Positions 58,288 through 64,000 of a DNA stretch of 64,000 bases are shown piece after piece. The DNA lies in IMG/VR virus record IMGVR_UViG_3300025097_002022, positions 16,058 through 80,057 of that record; one strand, written 5' to 3'. Source of the DNA: a virus. Made by a program: the position numbers and the translations under genes. The notes below the pieces were generated by a model, which was given only the letters and a program-made list of their open reading frames with translations, was not told the DNA's origin and did not search any database. Every line of letters begins with the position of its first letter. The stretch's first letter is position 1.

Positions 58288-58631
58288 TGAAAAGAATCAC
58301 TACAGCAACTCTATTTGTGGCATTTTTAACGAGTTGTATTGCACAGGCTCACCCGAACCCACCCGTTCGTGCCCATGCTCACAAATCTTACACCACTCAT
58401 CAAGCGCACCACTCGCCCCACGCGACACCTCATGTTATGGTACGGGCTTGGGTTTGGAAACCAGGGCACTATCGAAGCAATGGCGTCTGGATCCGGGGAA
58501 CTTGGGAGATCCAAACGGTTGAGCGATATTTGCTCTCCCGACATCCATCGACTTATAAGCGTTGGATAAAGGGCAGGCGCCGTCCTGCTCGTCCCGCCAA
58601 ACGCCATAATCACAAACGGCGCCATCGATAA
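58287..58631 (+). CDS. Secreted/lipoprotein with WxxGxW (YXWGXW-type) repeats, His/Arg-rich
   Basis: Signal with FLTSC lipobox-like site; WVWKPGHY and WIRGTW. Confidence 0.55.
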   Translation: MKRITTATLFVAFLTSCIAQAHPNPPVRAHAHKSYTTHQAHHSPHATPHVMVRAWVWKPGHYRSNGVWIRGTWEIQTVERYLLSRHPSTYKRWIKGRRRPARPAKRHNHKRRHR

Positions 58632-58637
58632 AAGCGC

Positions 58638-58666
58638 TTGACAGGGCTTTGCGTCTGTGTTATATT
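58638..58666 (+). promoter_or_regulatory. sigma70-type promoter TTGACA-N17-TATATT
   Basis: Consensus -35, TG extension; ATG at 58673, 7 nt after the -10 box. Confidence 0.8.
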
Positions 58667-58672
58667 ATATAC

Positions 58673-59068
58673 ATGGACATAATTGGCAGAAAGAAAAGAT
58701 TCGTTGAGCTTGCACAGAGAGTGGCATTGAGTTCTCCTGAGCACATGCACCGCCACGGCGCAGTCCTTGTTCGTGGGAATAATGTCATAAATGTGAGTTC
58801 TAATAGGAACGCTCACGCTCGCTTCGGGCAACGCTTCCGCCGCCGAGATAAGGGGCATGCAACGCAGCATGCGGAACTTGGATGTCTTCTCGGTTTAGAT
58901 AGAGCGGTAACTTCTGGCTCAACGATGTACGTTGTGAGAGTGAATAGAGTCGGAGAGCTAAGAAATTCCAAGCCTTGTCACATGTGCCTCTCAGCCATGG
59001 AACACTGTGGAGTTCGAAAAGTGTATTATACAACAAATGACGGAACTTTAGAGAGACTGAAGATATGA
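58673..59068 (+). CDS. Cytidine/dCMP deaminase-family protein
   Basis: HGAVLV, HAE, SKPCHMC zinc motifs, GVRKVYY. Confidence 0.85.
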   Translation: MDIIGRKKRFVELAQRVALSSPEHMHRHGAVLVRGNNVINVSSNRNAHARFGQRFRRRDKGHATQHAELGCLLGLDRAVTSGSTMYVVRVNRVGELRNSKPCHMCLSAMEHCGVRKVYYTTNDGTLERLKI

Positions 59069-59322
59069 GCAAGAAGATTAAGCTAAAGCTCGGTGACTTG
59101 GTTATCAATTATTATGATAAGGAGAGACCATCCGGCGTTGACGGAATCTTGCACAAGCGATTCGAGTCTTATTATGATGAGGGACTGGGGAGACAAGTTC
59201 CTGTTTTCTGGGAAGTGTTTGGCTGGACAAATCCAAAGAGAATTATGGATTCGTTTTTGAAGAATGAGATTAAGAAGGGATATGTGGATCACTATCCAAT
59301 GAAAAAATGGACAAAGAAATGA
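59065..59322 (+). CDS. Small hypothetical protein
   Basis: ATGA overlaps at both ends. Confidence 0.55.
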   Translation: MSKKIKLKLGDLVINYYDKERPSGVDGILHKRFESYYDEGLGRQVPVFWEVFGWTNPKRIMDSFLKNEIKKGYVDHYPMKKWTKK

Positions 59323-60290
59323 AAAGAAAAAGAGTTATGGTAGTGGATGCGTTGTGTTCACTGTATATCCGAAATTTTATTGTAAATCCGAGTCTATCGA
59401 CAAACGGAATGCCCATAGGCGGCGTCAAGGGAGGTGTCCAAACTTTACAAAAGCTTGTCAGAGATATCAAACCGGATTCTGTAATAATCTGCTGGGATGG
59501 ACAGGGAGGTTCTCAGAGGCGAAAGACTCAGAATAAGGATTACAAAGCAGGGCGAAAGCCGATCCGCATCAATCGAGATGTGAGCAATATGTCGGAGAAG
59601 GAGCAAGTCGCCAATAAGATATGGCAGCAAACTCGTCTATTCGAGTATCTCAATGAACTTCCCATTATCCAACTCATGCTCCCTGCCGTCGAAGCGGACG
59701 ACATTGTCAGCGCAGTTGTCCAACATCCCAATTATGATGGATGGCAAAAGGTAATCGTATCTTCTGACAAAGACTTTTACCAATTGTGTGACAGTGAGAC
59801 TGTCGTCTTCCGCCCCGTTCAGAAGGAAGTGGTTAATAAGAAGTCTTTGATCGAGAACTTTGGAATCCATCCTAAGAACTTTGCCCTCGCCCGCGCCATT
59901 GTCGGAGATAAATCTGATAATCTCGCTGGAGTCGGCGGCGTTGGACTTCCGACTGTTAAGAAGAGATTTCCATTCTTGTCTGAGGATAAGGAATTCGATA
60001 TTAACAGTATTCTGGAGCATTGCGAGAACTCTGAGAGCAAAGTAAAGGCATATTCGAACATTATTGAGAAGCAAGATGTTGTTCGAGAGAATTATCGCCT
60101 AATGCAACTCTATGTCCCCTCTTTGAGCATTCAAGGTAAAAATAAGATTAACTTTGCTCTTGACAGTTTTGAGCCAGAGTTCGCAAAAACGAACTTCAAG
60201 ACAATGATGGTTGAGGACGGATTTGGAGTAACGAATTTCACTGACTTATTTGCTGCGATGAACAAAATCGTCGCCGATTCAAAGTTGTAA
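59319..60290 (+). CDS. 5'-3' exonuclease / RNase H (FEN/Pol I N-terminal family)
   Basis: VVDA, CWDG, YKAGR, VEADD, SSDKDFYQL, GDKSDNLAGVGGVG. Confidence 0.9.
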   Translation: MKRKRVMVVDALCSLYIRNFIVNPSLSTNGMPIGGVKGGVQTLQKLVRDIKPDSVIICWDGQGGSQRRKTQNKDYKAGRKPIRINRDVSNMSEKEQVANKIWQQTRLFEYLNELPIIQLMLPAVEADDIVSAVVQHPNYDGWQKVIVSSDKDFYQLCDSETVVFRPVQKEVVNKKSLIENFGIHPKNFALARAIVGDKSDNLAGVGGVGLPTVKKRFPFLSEDKEFDINSILEHCENSESKVKAYSNIIEKQDVVRENYRLMQLYVPSLSIQGKNKINFALDSFEPEFAKTNFKTMMVEDGFGVTNFTDLFAAMNKIVADSKL

Positions 60291-60340
60291 AACTACTTAT
60301 TGCCAAAGCACGTCGCTTTGTATTATAAGGAAGAAATAAA

Positions 60341-62011
60341 ATGGCTAACGACTGGACAATTGGAGTAGAGATAACTGACATCGTGGGTGTAGTCGAAGGA
60401 TCGGCAGCTAACGGTTCCGCTATGGTAGCAGTGGTTACCAAATCTGGCATCTGGAGTGGAACAGACGTTAGCGTATTCGCAACACTGTCATTTGCCCCAG
60501 TCGCTCATGGAGGAAGTTTCAGCAAAGTCGCATATATGGGTTCAGGTAAGTTTGCTGCCGTTACTGACAACGGCAAGCTCTACAGTCTCCACTTTAGCAC
60601 TGCTTCATCTGCACCAACTGCAACTTTGATGCACACCGATGCTGGTGCCAATCCAATCACAGCCCTCGCACATGCAGAGGCAGACGGCTCTGTCGGTTTT
60701 GCCTGTGGCAATAAAGTATACACGATTCCAGTCGGCGGAGGAGACGCAACCGAGAGAATGGATTCCGAATCCGTCATCGAAGCTGGTTCGAAAGTATACG
60801 ATCTTGACTATAGCTCAAAAGGTTGGGTACTCCTTGTCTCTAAAGCTGATAGCACCTCTGCATCAGTGATCGCAACGGCAAACTGGTCCTCCACCGTCAC
60901 TGCCGATTTTGCAGACGACTTCTCCAGTTCTTTGCCTCGTGAAGTAAACTACTATGAAAACATAGCTGGTGGAACCTGGATGATCGGTAGGGAAGATGGA
61001 GAGGTTAAACAGACAACAGATCTTGATACTTGGCGCCCACCAGCGGGATCTCCTCCTCTTTGGGTTGCAATTGGTGGAGAGAGAGTATCTTATTCAACAG
61101 ATAGTGTCTCATGGACAGATTATCAGATTTCGTCTGCCGTTACTATGCAGACAGCGAACTCTTTAACGTTCGGAAAGGATGGAAGCGGAAACGATTTATG
61201 GATGTGCTCCACTGTTCCATCTGGCGGAAACTCCATCAACAGCCTTGTTAAAACATCAGATCCAACCGATGCAAATAGTTGGACAGTTGTTTCTGATCTC
61301 GGCGGCGACGGAACGCAGAACATGAGAGACGTGAAATACGGAAACGGAGTTTGGGCAACCATCAGTAACGGAGGAATTGACAGATCTACTGATGGCGGAA
61401 CGACATGGCAAAACACAACAGGCTTCGGAGGCTGGCCTTATGTAGGAGACTTATCGCTCGCTACGGACGGAGCCGGAAACTGGGTTGCCTGTGGGCATAG
61501 TGGAAATGACTTTCAAATATACAAATCATTAGATGATGCACAGACATGGACGCTTTCAACCACAATTTCAGCAAGTCCACAGAGCGCTCAGAATTACAAC
61601 AAGGAAGTTGAATATGCAAACGGCATATGGATGGTGATCACCCCTTGGGGTGGCACTCGATGCACTTCTATTAATCTAGATAACGACGGATGGGTTGCAA
61701 TCGCTGGCGCAGCACTGCTAAACCCAACTGACTTTCAATATGGCGGCAATGACACTTGGGTTGCGGTAACAAGCCAATCTGGACGCAACTACACAAGCAC
61801 TGATAATGGAGCCACATGGACTCAGAATTCTGGAATAGCAGGAGTGACTACTCCTATGAGCATCGCATACTCAAATGGAGTATGGCTTGTATCATCAAAC
61901 CAGTTCATTCATAAGTCAACCGACAACGGTACAACTTGGACACAGGCTCACAGTAAATATCAATATGGATACGCTTCCATCGCTTATAGCTCGGTATTAC
62001 CGAATAGTTAA
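60341..62011 (+). CDS. Asp-box (BNR) beta-propeller virion protein, possible receptor-binding protein
   Basis: RSTDGGTTW, KSLDDAQTW, TSTDNGATW, KSTDNGTTW; late motif at 60291. Confidence 0.7.
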   Translation: MANDWTIGVEITDIVGVVEGSAANGSAMVAVVTKSGIWSGTDVSVFATLSFAPVAHGGSFSKVAYMGSGKFAAVTDNGKLYSLHFSTASSAPTATLMHTDAGANPITALAHAEADGSVGFACGNKVYTIPVGGGDATERMDSESVIEAGSKVYDLDYSSKGWVLLVSKADSTSASVIATANWSSTVTADFADDFSSSLPREVNYYENIAGGTWMIGREDGEVKQTTDLDTWRPPAGSPPLWVAIGGERVSYSTDSVSWTDYQISSAVTMQTANSLTFGKDGSGNDLWMCSTVPSGGNSINSLVKTSDPTDANSWTVVSDLGGDGTQNMRDVKYGNGVWATISNGGIDRSTDGGTTWQNTTGFGGWPYVGDLSLATDGAGNWVACGHSGNDFQIYKSLDDAQTWTLSTTISASPQSAQNYNKEVEYANGIWMVITPWGGTRCTSINLDNDGWVAIAGAALLNPTDFQYGGNDTWVAVTSQSGRNYTSTDNGATWTQNSGIAGVTTPMSIAYSNGVWLVSSNQFIHKSTDNGTTWTQAHSKYQYGYASIAYSSVLPNS

Positions 62012-62029
62012 TAGAGAACTACTTATAGT

Positions 62030-62863
62030 ATGGATCAGTTTGCTAAATGGGCGAATATGTTCGGAGAATCCGCTGCAAGCACTCCAAATTCGGAAATGCT
62101 TGTCGCTGGACTCCGCGCCGTCACAGAAAAAGTTGATCCCGAGAGCGTAGATGTATCCAGCTTTGAAGTCCACGACGAAATAAACAAAGACTTCTGGAAC
62201 CAACCAGAGGATAGACTTGATCCCGAGATAAGGGAGAAACTCCTTGTCATAGCTCAAGACTTCTACAACTCTTTGGAAGTTGGAGACGCTCAGTTTTCCG
62301 ACATCACTTTCACAGGCTCACTTGCAGCATTGAATTACTCAAAGTTCTCCGATGTTGATCTTCATATTCTTCTTGATTTCACAGATGTTGATGACAAGAC
62401 AGAGCTTGTCCGAGAATACTTCAATGCAATGAAGTCCATTTGGAACAGGCTTCACGATATTCGAATCAAGGGATATGAAGTCGAAGTGTATGTTCAGGAT
62501 ATAAATGATCCGCATGAAGCTCAAGGCTTATACTCCGTCCTAAATGACGAATGGATAAAATTCCCATCTTCAGAAAAATCAGATTTTGACAAAGCGAATG
62601 TTAAGAAGAAAGCAGCATCCTTAATGGATCAGATTGATCGCATTGACGGACTTGTTGAAGATAAAAAGTATGAAGAGGCTGAGCAGTATGCCGACAAGCT
62701 AAAAGATAAGATTCGAAAGATGCGAAAAGCAGGACTTGAGTCCGTTGGAGCGTTTTCTGTCGAGAATCTCGCATTCAAAGTATTGAGAAGAAATGGTTAT
62801 CTTGAGAAGCTATCTGACGCAAAAAGATTGGCATATGATAGAGCACAATCTTTGAAAGAATAG
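62030..62863 (+). CDS. Pol-beta-superfamily nucleotidyltransferase
   Basis: FTGSLAALNYSKFSDVDLH (GS...DxD) plus a third acidic strand YEVEVYVQ. Confidence 0.75.
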   Translation: MDQFAKWANMFGESAASTPNSEMLVAGLRAVTEKVDPESVDVSSFEVHDEINKDFWNQPEDRLDPEIREKLLVIAQDFYNSLEVGDAQFSDITFTGSLAALNYSKFSDVDLHILLDFTDVDDKTELVREYFNAMKSIWNRLHDIRIKGYEVEVYVQDINDPHEAQGLYSVLNDEWIKFPSSEKSDFDKANVKKKAASLMDQIDRIDGLVEDKKYEEAEQYADKLKDKIRKMRKAGLESVGAFSVENLAFKVLRRNGYLEKLSDAKRLAYDRAQSLKE

Positions 62864-63048
62864 CAACATTAATAAGATACAAATCTGCTCTAAAAATACT
62901 GAAAAATAGATTGGATTTTCAAAAACATTATTCCTATATAAGGTTGGATGGAGAAGAAATTTATTGACTCACTGCTTATGCAGCAAGTCTTTAGGTGGAT
63001 ACCTTTATCTTATTAACTCTAAAACAAATATAGGAAAACATATAATTT

Positions 63049-64000
63049 ATGTCTATTGATCCAAAAAATGTTCTCATGGGAAGAGACCTCGTTGCAGGTA
63101 CTCTCTCTGGAGAATTAAAAGTTGCAGACCTTGCTGGCGAAGCCGGTGGTTTGGGACTTGATGGCGCACTCGCTGCGATCATCTCAAAAATCGACGCAAG
63201 CTCTGTTGCTGACGCTGCTGCTCTCGCTGCTGAAGCTGCTATTGCTCGCGCTGCTGAAAGCGCAAACGCTGCTGCTGTTGCTGCAGAGCAAACTCGTGCT
63301 CTCGCTGCTGAAGCTGTTCAAGCAGGACGCATCGACGCTATGCTCTCTGGCTCTTCCGAGTCACTTGATCAGTTCGTAGAAGTTGTTGCTGCATACGAGG
63401 CTGCTGATGGTAACCTTCAGAGTTCAATCTCTGGACTTAGCACTGCTGCTTCTACCGACCGTGCTCTTATCCGTACTGAGATGGCTACTGAGTCTGGACT
63501 TCGTGTTGCTGCTGAAAATGCAATCCAAGCTGATGTTGATCAAAACGAAGCTGATTCTGACGCTGCTCACGCTGCTGCAACTGCTGCTCGTGGAGTAATG
63601 ATTGCTGCTGCTGCAACTGAGTCTGGACTTCGTGTTGCTGCTGAAAATGCAATCCAAGCTGATGTTGATCAGAACGAACTTGATTCTGTAGCATCTTTCG
63701 CTGCTGCTACAACTGATCGTGCTCTTATCCGTACTGAGATGGCTACTGAGTCTGGACTTCGTGTTGCTGCTGAAAATGCAATTAGCTCAACACACGGTAT
63801 TGACAAAGCTGCAGCCGACGCTGCTCGTTTGGTTCTTACCCAGGACTTGGCTGCTGAAGTTTCTCGCGCAACTGCTGCTGAAGCTGTTCAAGCAGGACGC
63901 ATCGACGCTATGCTCTCTGGCTCTTCCGAGTCACTTGATCAGTTCGTAGAAGTTGTTGCTGCATACGAGGCTGCTGATGGTAACCTTCAGAGTTCAATCT
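63049..64000 (+). CDS. Ala-rich repetitive coiled-coil protein, 3'-truncated (missing from the ORF track)
   Basis: ATG at 63049 (MSIDPKNVLMGRDLVAG...), no stop to the window end; strongly biased codons like the MCP and sheath genes. Confidence 0.8.
   Translation, partial: MSIDPKNVLMGRDLVAGTLSGELKVADLAGEAGGLGLDGALAAIISKIDASSVADAAALAAEAAIARAAESANAAAVAAEQTRALAAEAVQAGRIDAMLSGSSESLDQFVEVVAAYEAADGNLQSSISGLSTAASTDRALIRTEMATESGLRVAAENAIQADVDQNEADSDAAHAAATAARGVMIAAAATESGLRVAAENAIQADVDQNELDSVASFAAATTDRALIRTEMATESGLRVAAENAISSTHGIDKAAADAARLVLTQDLAAEVSRATAAEAVQAGRIDAMLSGSSESLDQFVEVVAAYEAADGNLQSSI
63304..64000 (+). repeat. Nested direct repeats: 127-bp identical block at 570-bp spacing enclosing 129-bp-period units
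   Basis: 63304-63430 equals 63874-64000; actgagtctggacttcgtgttgctgctgaaaatgcaat at 63487, 63616 and 63745. Confidence 0.9.

Noticed and set aside
62864-63048. tRNA or known ncRNA in the longest intergenic gap
   Set aside because: No cloverleaf or T-loop motif; only one modest hairpin.
63122-63949. Leu-rich plus-strand and Gln/Ser-rich minus-strand short ORFs
   Set aside because: Off-frame readings of GCT-rich repeats in the real gene that starts at 63049.
63304-64000. Repeats as a CRISPR array or DGR template/variable pair
   Set aside because: Periods are multiples of three inside one ORF, there are no unique spacers, no adenine-specific mismatches, and no cas or reverse transcriptase gene in the window.
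1-64000. Stop-codon reassignment as in some jumbo phages
   Set aside because: Conserved genes are full length in the standard code, and TAA, TAG and TGA all terminate genes.

Overview
A 64-kb segment of a large T4-like (myovirus-type, probably jumbo) dsDNA phage genome. Every credible gene is on the + strand, density is very high, and the standard genetic code fits (TAA, TAG and TGA all end genes). Gene order: large structural/baseplate-type proteins (first ORF truncated at the left edge); J-domain and HEAT-repeat proteins; RuvC-like resolvase, primase, fused Mre11-Rad50 (gp47-gp46); small membrane (lysis?) genes; terminase, portal, prohead protease, a phage-encoded ribosomal protein bS21, fibre-like proteins, scaffold, major capsid protein; neck, sheath, tube, tail chaperone pair, tape measure, baseplate hub; then a replication block (compact family-A polymerase, divergent tubulin/FtsZ-like protein, gp32-like SSB, RecA/UvsX, deaminase, 5'-3' exonuclease), an Asp-box beta-propeller, a Pol-beta-type nucleotidyltransferase, and an Ala-rich repeat gene running off the right edge (not in the ORF track). 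Two promoter classes can be read from the sequence: sigma70-type TTGACA-N17-TATA(A/T)T sites before replication genes (three apparently leaderless) and a recurrent ACTA(T/C/A)TTA(T/C) motif before virion genes. Best leads: a shared N-terminal leader on otherwise unrelated late proteins (possible capsid-targeting/cargo system), a possible leaderless-versus-Shine-Dalgarno translation switch involving bS21, a +1/-2 slippery site in the tail chaperone pair, a minimal PolA plus tubulin module, structured RNAs around ssb/recA, and a 20-aa Cys-Cys micro-ORF. All functional calls come from motifs recognised by eye; no searches were run.
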